Virus record (IMG/VR): IMGVR_UViG_3300029845_000007
Source of the DNA: a virus
Length of the DNA: 64,000 nt
Direction: 5' to 3' (one strand)
Positions 52,301-62,200 of the stretch are shown piece after piece; position 1 is the stretch's first letter, and each line of letters opens with the position of its first letter. The position numbers and the translations under genes are program-made. The notes under the pieces were generated by a model. That model saw only the letters and a list, made by a program, of their open reading frames with translations. It did not search any database and had not been told where the DNA came from.

Positions 52301-55300
52301 GAGTATTACCAATATTATCTATTAGTTTCTTAACAATTTGCAGTCCTGCCTTATTTTCACCATCCATGTGTTGAGGAATATCTTGCTGGGTATAAAGATT
52401 AGAATACCAACCAGTTTTATACTTAGTTTGAATATCCAAGTTAAACTGTTTCAACCTTTCTTTAGAGGGGAATTTCCCATGAGAATCCCAAAATTCTAGT
52501 ACTCTATTAGTAGTAGCTTTTTCAGTAGTAGTAAAGTTAACCTGACCTATATTATTATCAGTCATATATTTAGCTAAAGCAGCAAGTTCACTATTGCCTA
52601 AGAATCTAGGTATAAGTACGAACTCTGCATTTTTAATCTGAATAGGATTAGCTAACTTAGCATCATTATCTATTTCTAAGTCATAATAGAAGTTCTTTTG
52701 AACTTGTATCTTCTTAGATAATTCTCCTAACTTAACATTGTCAATAGGCTTACTTTCGTCATAAAGAGCTTCAATTAAATCTTTATAACTATCATACTCT
52801 CCACGTAGATACATTCTACGAACAAATTCATCAAGAGTAATAAACGATTGAGCATCTGTTACTTCTGACTTATCTTTAGAGAACTGTTTAAGTATAAAAG
52901 CTCTAGTCTCTTTAGATACATTAGCTATATCTAATTGCTTCTTTAAATCATCGAGAACTTTACCGCTACTTTGAACATCTTCAAGAGTAATATATTTGAA
53001 ACTACTATCTATACTAATAGTCTTATTAGGAGCTACTGTTATATCTCCCAAATGCTTTTGTACATTATATAAATCATATCCTGCATAAGCTAATCCTCCG
53101 GCTTGATATTCTTTGTTACGTTTAATAGTATCACGAGAATCTTTATAATATGCTTCATCTCCGAAGAACATATCATTTAGATTATTATATTGAATCTCAT
53201 AGTTAAGTACCATTTCTGCAATGAAAGCGTTAAATGATTCTTGACTAGCATTCTTATATTTATCTACAAACTCTTTATTAGAACTGTATTTAGCGACAGC
53301 TTCTTGTATTCTATAATTGATATAATTATCTATATAATTATAAACTGAATTACGAAGCTCACCAGTAAGTCTAATATTATATTCTCCGTTCTCATCTTGT
53401 ATTAGCGATATTTCACTATTCTTTCCCCCGTAAAGGAGTGAGAATACGTCACCTCCCTCGAATAGCCAATTCATATCCACTGTTTTAGCTGTCTCACTAT
53501 TATAGTTATTAAGATTCTTAACTTTATCAATAAGTAGACTTCTAAATTTAAATACATTACCAGTTGGTTTACCATTGCTATCAAGAATACTTTTACGATA
53601 ATGATAGTTAAGTCTAGCTTCTGATTTACGTAAATCTTTAAACTCTTCTTTTATCTTAGGTTTACCGTTCTCATCTGATACAATAGTTACTACTCCATTC
53701 TCAACAGTTGTCTCAAATAAGAAGTTAATAGCTTGCGCCATTTCTGCGAGTTCTTTAGCATAAATATTAGCATAAGCTACATATATAGGATGTCCACGAT
53801 TAATAGAGCTGTTAGCATTAAATAGTCCAGTATAATCTAACTTATAACTATTAAATACGAAAGTCTTAGGTGCATCAGAAGGAGTTTGAGTAAAGAACTT
53901 AGATTTCTTAACTCCTTTAGTCATCTCATAATTGTCACCATTATTAGCGTATTCATTAAGCGTAATAATATCCCACTCAAGAGCATTAATATCTTTATAA
54001 GATTTAGCCTTTCCTGTTACTTCATTACTAACTCCGTTATATAATTGTGCACCAAATTCACGATAATATTCAGTTAGTTTATAACCAGTATCTGTAAGAC
54101 GAAGTAAACCTGGGACTATTTTTCCATTAGACAAAGTTTTCTCAATAAGAATATTACTATATCTGTATTGAGGAATATTAGTAAATTTAACTAAGTAATC
54201 ACGTAGTTCGGTATTACTAACAGGATTATCATTATAACGATTATCGTTAATTCTTTCAAAGAACTTACTTATATAGTTGTTTTTTAGAATATCACTAACT
54301 AGATTGTTCTCTGCATTAATACTATTAAATTCAGAATCTACTATCTGATAATCTTTAAATCTATTAGATATACGATTGGCTATATTATTAGCATAACCAC
54401 CTTTGTATTGTAGTTGAGATTTATCAAAAGGAACTACCACATATTCTTCATTCTCTTTAGTTTTAGCATATTCACCTGCATAATAGATACGTTGTGCTTC
54501 ATTATCTATCTTTAATAGATTAGTCGCCTTACCTACTACTTTATTAAACTCTAACAAATCATCGACAATAGAAGAGATATTAGAAAGTTGGTTATCACCG
54601 AAGTTACGAACGTAGTTAACAACACCCTGTCTATTGATGCCGAAGTTATACTTATTAAAAATTGCAGCAATTTGCTCCGTAATTTCTTGGATTTCATTTG
54701 TGTTAGAATTTTTTAGTGTAGATAATCTGTTTTTAAGTTCGTCTAATACGGCAATATCATTAGCCATAATAGAAGGATTGTGAATAAGTGAATCGAAACT
54801 ATTAAGTATTTTGTTTTGTAGATTAAGTTTAGGAAAAGTATTACGATTCTTAGTAACCACATTAGAACCGTCTTGACTATAAACTACTTCATTACGTTCC
54901 CAAATAGATTGTTTTAGTTGAGTAAATATCTTATTTCTCATCTGAACATTGGCTTCGTCTTCTAGTAAACGTGCAGCATATTCTAAATGAGATACTTCTT
55001 TAAATCTTGCAGCAATAGTATGGAAACTCTCTATCATAGCTTCAACACTAGAGAAATTACCATAGTTATTAATAGCTTTAAAAGAACTAGAAAAAGTAGT
55101 ACTTTCAGCCATGCCTGAATAAGTATTATTAGAAGTATCAGGCTGTTCATTTATAAAACTATTACTATTTGTTTTAGGTAAACGAGCAAACCATTCTTTT
55201 ACTTCTTTGCTAACATTTTTATCTATATCTTTTCGTTGGTCAGATATTTCAGACCAATCAGCACGAAGAGCAGCAATAGTTTCTTGGTCATCTTGACGAG

Positions 55301-56054
55301 AGTTTTGTTCACTATCTTCTTTAACATCATCATTAGATTCAAAATCTTCATTAGTATCTATACCAAACTCTTTGCTAAGACTAACTACTTCCGGTGAGTT
55401 AATTACTATATCAAATAACTCATTACGATTATAATTACCGCCATCGTAAAGATTACGAATAATAGTACCTACATAAGCCTTTTGTTCTTGAGTAAGTTTC
55501 TTATCATTCTCTTTTAGATGTCTATTAAGATAAGTAATCATAGTCAGCTTTATAGCGGCTTGAGGACTTAACTCATTACCAGCTTTATCCTTTATTACTT
55601 CGTTTTCACCCTTACGTTTTTTATTAGCAAGAGCTTTACGAATACTTCCTTGACTCTTTAAATAAATAGTAGCAAGAATATTAATAGCGTGGTCTTCTTT
55701 CGCTATGTCATTACCAAATACACCAGTCCGTGAAGTACGAACGTTCTGAACATAATCTTTACTATTGATAATCTCTCTGTTATTATATGCTATTATAGCA
55801 TTAACAGTATTAGTATCAATATTCTCATCATTAAAATCTCTACCAGTCTTTTCTTTATACCAATCACGAAAACTATTGTCTTCGATAGTAGCAAGGTATT
55901 CAGTAGACTTTCTAACATCATTATTAGTAAGCGTTAATAGCTTATCTAATTTAGGGTTACTAGGAATACAACTCATATACTTTATATTATTAATTAAGTT
56001 ATTACTAACATTACCAAAGATAGCATTATTATCAATACTATCAAATAGATTCAT
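43335..56054 (-). CDS. giant virion-type RNA-polymerase-like polyprotein (4239 aa)
   Basis: Uninterrupted 12.7-kb ORF. The DFDID motif (VLQTGADFDIDSIYG, nt about 51545-51580) resembles the beta-prime DPBB NADFDGD metal-binding motif. Size and position next to other giant genes fit crAss-like virion RNAPs. Confidence 0.5.
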   Translation of the reverse strand: MNLFDSIDNNAIFGNVSNNLINNIKYMSCIPSNPKLDKLLTLTNNDVRKSTEYLATIEDNSFRDWYKEKTGRDFNDENIDTNTVNAIIAYNNREIINSKDYVQNVRTSRTGVFGNDIAKEDHAINILATIYLKSQGSIRKALANKKRKGENEVIKDKAGNELSPQAAIKLTMITYLNRHLKENDKKLTQEQKAYVGTIIRNLYDGGNYNRNELFDIVINSPEVVSLSKEFGIDTNEDFESNDDVKEDSEQNSRQDDQETIAALRADWSEISDQRKDIDKNVSKEVKEWFARLPKTNSNSFINEQPDTSNNTYSGMAESTTFSSSFKAINNYGNFSSVEAMIESFHTIAARFKEVSHLEYAARLLEDEANVQMRNKIFTQLKQSIWERNEVVYSQDGSNVVTKNRNTFPKLNLQNKILNSFDSLIHNPSIMANDIAVLDELKNRLSTLKNSNTNEIQEITEQIAAIFNKYNFGINRQGVVNYVRNFGDNQLSNISSIVDDLLEFNKVVGKATNLLKIDNEAQRIYYAGEYAKTKENEEYVVVPFDKSQLQYKGGYANNIANRISNRFKDYQIVDSEFNSINAENNLVSDILKNNYISKFFERINDNRYNDNPVSNTELRDYLVKFTNIPQYRYSNILIEKTLSNGKIVPGLLRLTDTGYKLTEYYREFGAQLYNGVSNEVTGKAKSYKDINALEWDIITLNEYANNGDNYEMTKGVKKSKFFTQTPSDAPKTFVFNSYKLDYTGLFNANSSINRGHPIYVAYANIYAKELAEMAQAINFLFETTVENGVVTIVSDENGKPKIKEEFKDLRKSEARLNYHYRKSILDSNGKPTGNVFKFRSLLIDKVKNLNNYNSETAKTVDMNWLFEGGDVFSLLYGGKNSEISLIQDENGEYNIRLTGELRNSVYNYIDNYINYRIQEAVAKYSSNKEFVDKYKNASQESFNAFIAEMVLNYEIQYNNLNDMFFGDEAYYKDSRDTIKRNKEYQAGGLAYAGYDLYNVQKHLGDITVAPNKTISIDSSFKYITLEDVQSSGKVLDDLKKQLDIANVSKETRAFILKQFSKDKSEVTDAQSFITLDEFVRRMYLRGEYDSYKDLIEALYDESKPIDNVKLGELSKKIQVQKNFYYDLEIDNDAKLANPIQIKNAEFVLIPRFLGNSELAALAKYMTDNNIGQVNFTTTEKATTNRVLEFWDSHGKFPSKERLKQFNLDIQTKYKTGWYSNLYTQQDIPQHMDGENKAGLQIVKKLIDNIGNTPEGQSLIKDFFDNFTANIQDSFKDAAARIGVEIDAKGNVVYEGNQAKIDNNQFISLIKDELTRRGLDSNYRKYAEINPETGLPYMPAWTNLVRSKIENIVNSIFTNRVTRQVLPGFHASQVSDIGMTELSGRSDLRDLMQSRVEEKHGYSLGRKLTYHKDGSQIVEILLPKWMVKAYNTYDAEGNLVKEVTLKDLQNAGLDTMIGYRIPTEGKQSVAVMKVVGLLDESQGSTIVVPDEWVLQTGADFDIDSIYGIYHTAYFDRNGKPHKVEYIGGEDEVSTYRRYIGYVNSLIDKETRKATNSEFTKEEFKEARKAARETVLKANEEYDKFLTDQVRDLIAETDETWAELPREIKDNLTITFKSKELKFGERVDAIVSKMDFYESEYANDEYVAKFAQQYRNIQSVINEQREFYQNVKDNAEQLAIDYADETRRARLEQTIQARAEIVGAMSLEEFSQLTVAQQNTRDARNNKIVDTFINIMNLPVSIGENLSSSNFEDIKAAKSNIFEGLSETYRNINSVIAQNWYRDANMSGARLKAISVNRDNFASIGNKAKTIIDGAHGGFRFVYTYNTEKEAKDAQAKLRKRFRDVTRSGKEVMVDHNQLGWSYDNLNIDNRLITPYSSETTALILDGVKEGGVPNVDLYTFDVYKSIVDCGANYETSILFVNQPVITELIARQNANDNVFGETGFNPLIGLRRDMYIRLAKTVGIPANSITKKTRLKDVKAMLEARGITINENELLEEGIRVTELREHLKDDVESTSYNNTDNLIYQIKALRAFEYFKEIGDQINTNMMVITSDKFGAGKSANEIDNVINRITDIKNNNIARIKKGNPVLKAVTEEGNKYLIDAIYPKISFNTINDINQDDSESAYPSLYYQLKYSCIATEKIIRDSEIFKTQTPQFRELVSKFDVRNLQTIQQLESFIINMSQAQSNFVNTNRFITRSDNEFIPSYNLNLISSQQNTRARLYGYTNVIGSFDMSDMSEKNVEAFMKLSPANKVVLIQRYTSDDNLFKNLNVEYKGRRNSYDRISIIDSTISTESQYQMFRNAWHSNNPFVKLTAMDLVRYSMVVEGYKFKGGTVSKIIPVELLYGQDTGIDSDNGVSTATNIINDSDKAINSMVQYGSETGTYERLSNDDKAIEKLRDLFFRTNPNNPDVLTFENKKYKESNKIVFNRLGVGMLSFKEAQERRMITGSEDNRKYRHYAKTNDNNKVLRLYKLVYDNDVVYMLPTNPLEQNEIGEISVNPDNNRMFLPLDILEEISINQYDPAFISSINIAMNSDIRKFVVLPKAFEAGANLLIEEAFPNSTVLTSPIKEQQVDTSRRYIIAATDNQVILDTIESLEAVGITNYVVVAPNMNYGNIRKLINDRNNIDIAAKRLQTSMTKLEANEVQLRKKKSDNSESPYYAQLKASINQTIEDVNVNGIGFVPVLQTVVDNTGFRAGGYFRYEKEGNVYIVTNLGRVTTKSVGLTPDYMYSKKVTINSVSQLQFPRRNAITQVVKENARLDKFANNNIIRVQTEDNFINEDILESALIDNDKEINDYISRVIESVERSNANVEEAALNDAFRSFTAIDLRSNTATKLNDNLREQALRIINGYTNRRIDDFLFDIHNFFTTYVTNPDGTYKLDENGNKIVQEKWSITNKKLFDLMLKDETLRTRYEMFLDDINRFVEDYSIIEAIQPYNIDEAYTVSETEEEIEGLRRTNDMLKQIKDKFKRIKDLDNVVKRSTKMYFDSYITSLSSDPRVQSNMLSITEAFEDENFFQFWLADSQETHIPIVQIVLKQMMNQLRASEIEARDKKIAFTSAISAIIEDAKNNGIDVSLNDILDENGNLLLPYNETFTEKLRSLKEAVKLAQIEDPNGRDGLIYKKAKDELEKFLIDNVEREYVKEMYQEYYNTNQLLNKYPETYVKLMKLLHEEGDILSTMIDNDYSTLTVQNERRLNEIQSELTEMRAVIDVDGNYKENYYEANAVNNYLLSRRQLNNKYKENRPKDAFTIRYKQAIEGLQYPETSETYRESAEWLKANTDYKLKGEFLDELKKAYMDTRAGNPFDSFVRTMAYGKYDETGVIDGTKFTEVQIANLKKHQEQMFAAAVGRVKPNEEQAQKWLDEHISYINTVYYEAMYVAMNKMGKVVFDKWYNENHVLNPITKEYEPLAIWRQMIVKDEANNMEYSPKYKWLETKVKDKYKNPNYDEVKLQPSTNKYRNDKYYGMNNYQQQLYNEVDNLLNSLVKDKRSRAYINRGYLPNQAVEQPHQGFTDYWQDFKRSHGWYDTPNKSDIELNLYKRFSNAPMLHSLSEIKLLPIREKQEGETTDEYLAYVRETQARNNELRKQRAQENVERNNPNVLERLNSFIDSMYNFNTRNDIARLAKITSNQLRNMDIIKRNPNDKLMDNRLLSRITGKQEIRTTKSDDSNIVKHFENQVRKLVFNEFEMDEGTRSKVSRVMRNMVSSKFMMLNVTGGIANVLYGKTQIQMEMAAGQFFKYKDFRKGENEWMQNVGSYLADAYNETTNNETNAIIRLFNVIESDMITERYGKGNNPMGKLENLLFIQQTAGEHYMQNATLLAMLHSHRVVTVNGKNKVMSFEQFAMGLREEALLKVLRKNNPELVTKYETFRDKVLESYIEKERYVKFKADIITDFLRSVPKEIREEFKATYKEDTKEERTKFENHPSFRESLILKNGVAILKPDSGLTNNDIAAFRNKVISVNHQIHGIYDKIGANQLQQSWWGALLMQFHKHLVPGFQKRFGYRLGHFDGIYNETRESISKGTYVSLGEFIAMPFKKYYELNDSNELQAVRTLQGIAKGYADFVANLTTYYNILPEYDKANIRRCLGEWIAITKAVALFVVGKLMLDDDDDSTQVADYILYSADRLMSEIIQYTPWGLANEGKKLYSQPVAALSIAQDNLRLLGALCSYIITGNPDDLYYNSGSYSDENKLVVNFFKQVPLVNQIIKHERLGANNSYYKVRSSPFSGLGQVVANMITDEDEE

Positions 56055-56166
56055 TAGACGGACGAAAACCGCACGTTACGAAGGCAGATGGATGCCCGTA
56101 GACCTCAAATTCCTGCCGAATTTCGCATTTTATATGCTATCGTGATAGTAAGATAAGGAAAATATA

Positions 56167-56221
56167 AAAGTCCGGCAGATGCGCTTAAAATGGCTCATTC
56201 TAAGGCTCTCTGCCGGACTTT
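56167..56221 (-). terminator. 13-bp perfect inverted repeat AAAGTCCGGCAGA-(29-nt spacer)-TCTGCCGGACTTT between the two giant genes, followed on the minus strand by a U-rich tract
   Basis: Read directly from the sequence. Lies 21 nt downstream of the 2018-aa gene's stop and about 115 nt upstream of the 4239-aa gene's start. Confidence 0.5.
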
Positions 56222-56241
56222 CGTCTCTAGGCTTATCTTAC

Positions 56242-59200
56242 TTAACTACATACGAAACTAAGCTCACCAGTGTCAAACAAATGCGTCACAATAGCCTTTT
56301 GTCGATTATTCAATCCCTCAATCAGACTATCGAAATTATCGACTTGACGGTAGTTATCACTTATACTACTATCTAAATCTAAGTCTATATCAGGAATATC
56401 AAATACATCATCAGTAGGAACGCTAACATCTTCCTCTGCTCTATCAAAAGTATCGTCATGAGTAACAGTAGAAGTACTAGCTGTATCACTAGTTTCTAAT
56501 CCAATAGTAGATAAACGATTACGAACTTCTCCAAGTAATGTATTATCTATTTGTCCTATCTTACCTATTAATTCTACTAAAGCATCTACTATTTTAGTAA
56601 ATAGGTTGTTTGATTCAATAGTAGGATTAGAATCATACTTAATTCTAGCTAGTAATCTAGCAAATGTGCGATTAGTAATAGCTTCGACTACAAACTCTTC
56701 AATAGCAACAGCTCTAGGTTTACTACTATTTAAGAAATCTCCATACTCATCTATTAGACGAGAATCTTGATTAATAAAGTTAGCAAACTTATCGTATAAG
56801 TCTCCGAATGATTGTTCTATATTAGCACGTTCATCATTAAGTAGATAATGTACACCTTCATGTATAAGAGTAAGAACTCTACGTTCAGGAGCAAGACTAT
56901 TAAAACGATTACTAAGAGTAATAGTATTACCACCAGCGACTATTCCTGCAAATCTACCTTTTTCACCTACTGTTTCAATATCAGGACTAAGTTTAATACC
57001 AGCAGATTCTAATGCAGATACAACAGATAATAGATTAGGATTATCAGTATTAGCTTGTGCAACTTCCATAAGAGTACCTATTTGAGGAACACTGTCTTGA
57101 CTAGCAAGTGGGTCAGGTACAACTACGGGAGACACAGTTTGTTGCCCCTTTATGGGGGAAGTAGCGGCGTTAGCCGCGTCAGTACGACTAGCATTGCGAC
57201 TAGGATTCATAAGGGTAATAGTCCTATTATAAACATCACCAACATAATTAAAGTTACTAACAATATTACCTTTACTATCAGTAACACTTCCTAAATCAGT
57301 AACCAATACTCCGTCCTTAGCTACAAATTCTTCATAACTACTATAACCAGTATCAAACCATTCATCTTGAAGTATATTAGGTATCTTAGCTTGTAACTTA
57401 CCGCCTACTACTCTAAATAAACTAGATTCACCACGAATAGCCGAATTAACAACATTACGAGTAAGTAAAGCATATACTTCTTGTAACATTTTACTAAAGT
57501 TACCATGATTATTAGTAGGAACAAAACCATTAGGCATACGAGCCATAAGTCTTCTAGGTTTAAGTTCACCAGGAATAGAGAAAGCTACATTTCTATCTTT
57601 AAGATTAAAATAAATAGTTGGTGCAACTCTATTAATAGGTATTAAAGCATGACCTCTTACTTCATAACCATACAATACTTTCTGTTTACCTATATATTTA
57701 GATACTTCTTCTAATAGTTGAGTATGAAGATTTTCATTGCCTTGTAAAGTAGCATCTAATAAAGAATGAAGTAGTTTATCTAATCCTTCATTAAACCTCT
57801 TAGTATATTCAGTAGCACCAGTTTCACTATTACTCATAGTATTCTCACGACTAGGAACTGCAATAAGTCTTCCTTCTGAATCTTTAATAGTCATACCTAC
57901 TACATTTCTAGGAATACGACTAGCCGCAATAATAGTATTGGTTTTAATATCAGCTACTCCACCGTCAACTCCTACTACTAAACGATAACCGTCAGTTGCT
58001 TCACTAGTAGTAACATCTCCAAACTTACGATATATAGGATTACCTTGTTTATCTTTAGCATAAATAACACTACCTGAACTTGTACGTCCAACAACTAGAC
58101 GTTTCTTTTTAGACTTAGTTTTACTAATAGAGGACTTTAAGTTATTAATGTCCGTATAAGACTTCTTGAGTTTATTCATCCAATTAGTTAACGAATCGTT
58201 AACAATGGTACTAAAATCAGACTGATTAACATTAAGAGCATTATTAAAGAATATAATACTATTAAGATGTCTAATCCTATCTAATAGATTAGTTTGAGTA
58301 TCACCGAATAAACTAGTTAGATTCTTCCAGTTCTTATTCTCTTGTAAAGCATTAAGCTGATGTCCGAATGTTCCTTCAACTTCAGGGTTATTACGAACAC
58401 GATACAAACGACGTATATTATTAAGTGTTTGTACAAACTCTTTAGCACTTTCATCTTCATTACTAATAATAGATTGGAGTTGCGTTATAAAATCTATATT
58501 ACCATTTCTAACAGTGTATCTCCAACCTTGATTTATAACTTCAACGTTCCCATTATTATAATTAATTTTAGGAAACTCACCTATCTTAATTCCACGAGAT
58601 TTAACGATAAGATTATCGTTTTCATCTAGTTCTACATTTACTGTATCATTAGTCTTTAACTGACCGATACGAGAGTAAACCTTACTATCATTTAGATTAA
58701 CTAGATTAAAGAAGTAACCATTATCTTTAGTATTCTGTCTATTCTCTGCAATAGCATTTTCTAATGTCTTACTTGCAGACTGTATAATATCAGAAGGCGT
58801 CTTAACTTCTGTATCAACATTAACTATCTTACCGTTTATTATTTGACGATTAGCTAAAACTTTAATATCATTATACAGATTAATAGCTCTAGGATTAAGT
58901 TGTTGTAAATATATCATCATATCATTAAGACTAGTAAAAGTTTTACCTTCTACTTCATTGCCTTGTATCTGATTATACAAGTCTATGATAAGATTGATTT
59001 CTTCTATACGTTGACGCTGACCTTCTAAATCATTATCAGATATAGCTGATTCAAGAACTGTATCATCAGTTCTAGTATCTTCTTTCTTAGAAGTATCTAC
59101 AACAGTAATATCTCCAATAGCAATAGCTGCATTAAGTTCTTCAATAGTGACATCAGCAATTATATTGCCTTTAGCATCTAATCCGTCAATACTTACATTT

Positions 59201-62200
59201 CCGAATCTACTAATACGAATATCAATATCGTTAACTTTAACTGGTTTACGAGATACGTCACTAAGACTTGCAAAAGGATTTACTATCGTAAATTCAAGAT
59301 TACCTATATTAGACTTATTTACAATACCTGAATTAGATTGAGATACTACTTTGTCTAACGTTTCCTTTAATTTCTTCTCTTTTGCAGTCTTTGGTTTAGG
59401 TCTAGGCTTAGGCTTAACTTCTAGTTCTTCTTGAGTCGTCGCTTCGCTCCTCCCTTCCCCCATAGAGAAGGTTTCTTGCTGATTCTCCGGCTGTCTTTGC
59501 TGTACTTCATTCTGTATAGCTAACTTATTTCTTCTCTTAGTAATAGCTTCTCTTAGATTACTTATTTCATTCTTACCATTCTCTGAATTAGTTAAAATAC
59601 TAACAGCATTAGATAAACTCTTATTGCTAGTATTCTGACTTTCTTCATCAGTAAACGCATTATCTAGTGCTTTCTCAAGATTACCAAGCTCTTCTTCATT
59701 AGCCATATTAACAAAGTCATTAAGATTCTTCTTTGCTGATTTAACTAGATTCTTAGCTGCATCTTCTAATTCTTTCTTACGAGTATCTTCAAATTCCTTA
59801 GCTTGTTCATTAGTAGTAATAATACGAGAACGATAATTATCTCTACGAATTTCATCAAGAAGTATCTGTCCCATATTATCCATATACTCTGAATTAATAT
59901 TATGAACTTGTTTAGCAAGAGTACCAAGACTAAAGTCTTTACCTGCCTGTTTAAACAGAGCTACATCACTTTCATCAAGTTCTTCTATTTGTTTCTTGAT
60001 TAAGTTGTTCTGTTCTTCGCTACCTTCTATTCCTAATGCAATATTCTCTACACTACGAACATTATCTAGAAACAGACTTTCCATAGAACTTAAACCTCTT
60101 CGTAAGTCTGTAACCTTAGATTCAATTATTCGCGATAAATCAATATACTGACTAGCTTGCGCTCTATCTAAAGGATTGTTACTATTCTTTAGACTATTAT
60201 AAGTAGACATTACTTCTCTACGATACTGTTCTAATATACCTAATTGCATACGATTCTTAGCCATTGGATTAAGAACTTCATTAATAGCCGGTATGCTATT
60301 CTCTAATTGAGATTGAATAGTATTAAGTCTTTCTACTCGTTTATTTAATAAGTCCGCTTCTTGTGCATTAACTATATTCTCTGATATAGCAACATCTAGT
60401 AAAGCATCATCAATATTAGCACTACGTAACGCAGTAGAATAATTGACATATCTATCGAGAACAGTACGCATAGTTTTCTTTAATTCTTGCGTATCTCTAT
60501 CGTATTCAACATCATCTACAAGACCTGAATCAACTAGTTTCTTCTTTAGTCTAGGGTCTTCAATATAATCTTCAAGTAGTTCATAATTACCTGAACGAAT
60601 AGCATTTAAAGTAAGAGTAGTAGTAAACTTCTCTTTAGCCGCTGCCCGCAAATCTTCTTGTTCTTCAGGGCTAACCTTAGTATAACGAGTAGTACCAACT
60701 GTTGGGTCTTGACTAACAGTACCGTCATCTAAATAAGTAATAGGATTACCATTAGCATCACGTTCTATTTGATATGGATTCTCACCATTATCAATAATCT
60801 GCATCTGACGAGCATACTCATTGAATACCTGTTCACGACCATTTATTTCAGCAATACGTTGTTTCTCTTCTACATTACCACCTTTACGATTATTAATAGC
60901 TGACATAGTACCACCAAAAGTAATACCACCAATAACTCCCCAAAGTGCAGCATTGTATAATTGAGGATTCTGCAAGTACTTCTCTATTCTATCCATAGAT
61001 ACAGCACCATTGTATTGTTCAGCTTGACCTAACAAATAACGACCGTATAAAGTACCTTCTTCTTGACCTACAAAGTTAATAGCTTCTTCAATACCTTCTG
61101 TTAATTCAGATAATAGTAGATTCTCACTAGAATTAACAAAGCGATTTATTTTACCTGCAAAATCTTTAATAGTACCTTTTGCCGCTTGACCTAAAGTTTG
61201 ACTAGCAGATTCAACACCAGTAGAAGCTATTCTATCGAGAGCTTGATTCTGTGAATAACGAATACGTGGAGTAATAGCACGATTGACTTGTCCTATTGCT
61301 TTATTAACAGCACGTAACTGCATGAAATCAAAGAATACGTTACCTGCGTTATAACCAAAGTTACGCATAGCTGCCTTATCTGCAACTATAAGAGCAGCTT
61401 CTTCTTTAGTTCTTTCTTTAGCCTCACTTGCAATATCAGGATTGTTATCTAACCAATTCTGAAACTCTTCGTCAGACATTCCAGTAAATAGAGACAATGC
61501 TTCACCTTCTATTTGTTCTGCAACACCACGAGCTTCTTGATAATTCTCACCTAAACGCATACCAATAGCTGTAATACCGTCATTAGCTAATATCTTTAAT
61601 CTATTAGCACGATATACATTATCTAATTTAGTAGCCTTCTTTGCCCAATTCATTGCACGACTTACTTTAGAACTACTACGTCCTAATGCTGCAACTCCTT
61701 TACCAACAGCTCCAACTCCTTTAGTTAAAAGAGTGCCAGGAATCATTAAAGATAGAGAACTAGCAATACTAGGAACTTGACTAAAGAACCAACCTGAAAA
61801 GTCATTCATATCAAATGCTTTATCAGGGTTCTCACGATATATAGGAAATAAATCGTCACGAACATAATCAGATATAGTATCACCAGCTCTTGTAATAGGA
61901 TTACTAAAAGGTTTATCATCCCATAATCCGGCAGTAGCTAAATCTATTAGCATACCCATACCTCCAACAGTATCACCAATAACAGTACCAATAGTTTGTC
62001 CTAAAGCATTACTTGCCTGTTTCCAAGCTGATTGATTCTTAGCACGTAGAGTTTCTAATTCTTCTCTACTTTGATACCTATTAGGTTCAGCACCATACTT
62101 AGCTAATGAATGATAATCTTCCTCTGTACCAGTAAACACTTCTTTACCTGTAAGATTACGAAACATAAAGTTGCCTTGTGCAGCAACATCAGGTTTATAT

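Noticed and set aside
846-55000. Numerous 60-130-aa ORFs nested inside or antisense to large genes (for example 846-1070, 1003-1209, 1216-1584, 1919-2203, 2942-3211, 3822-4115, 4160-4679, 5864-6373, 8364-9106, 25778-26131, 29389-29865, 30087-30556, 44845-50744 and 57055-59341)
   Set aside because: All lie within much longer ORFs that carry recognisable motifs. Their sequences are low-complexity, as expected from AT-rich antisense frames. None has an independent signal.
43335-56054. Intein inside the giant ORF or PolB, suggested by the composition-shifted patches
   Set aside because: The atypical patches are only about 150-300 nt, too short for an intein. No Cys/Ser...HN splice-junction blocks or LAGLIDADG/HNH insert were seen in frame.
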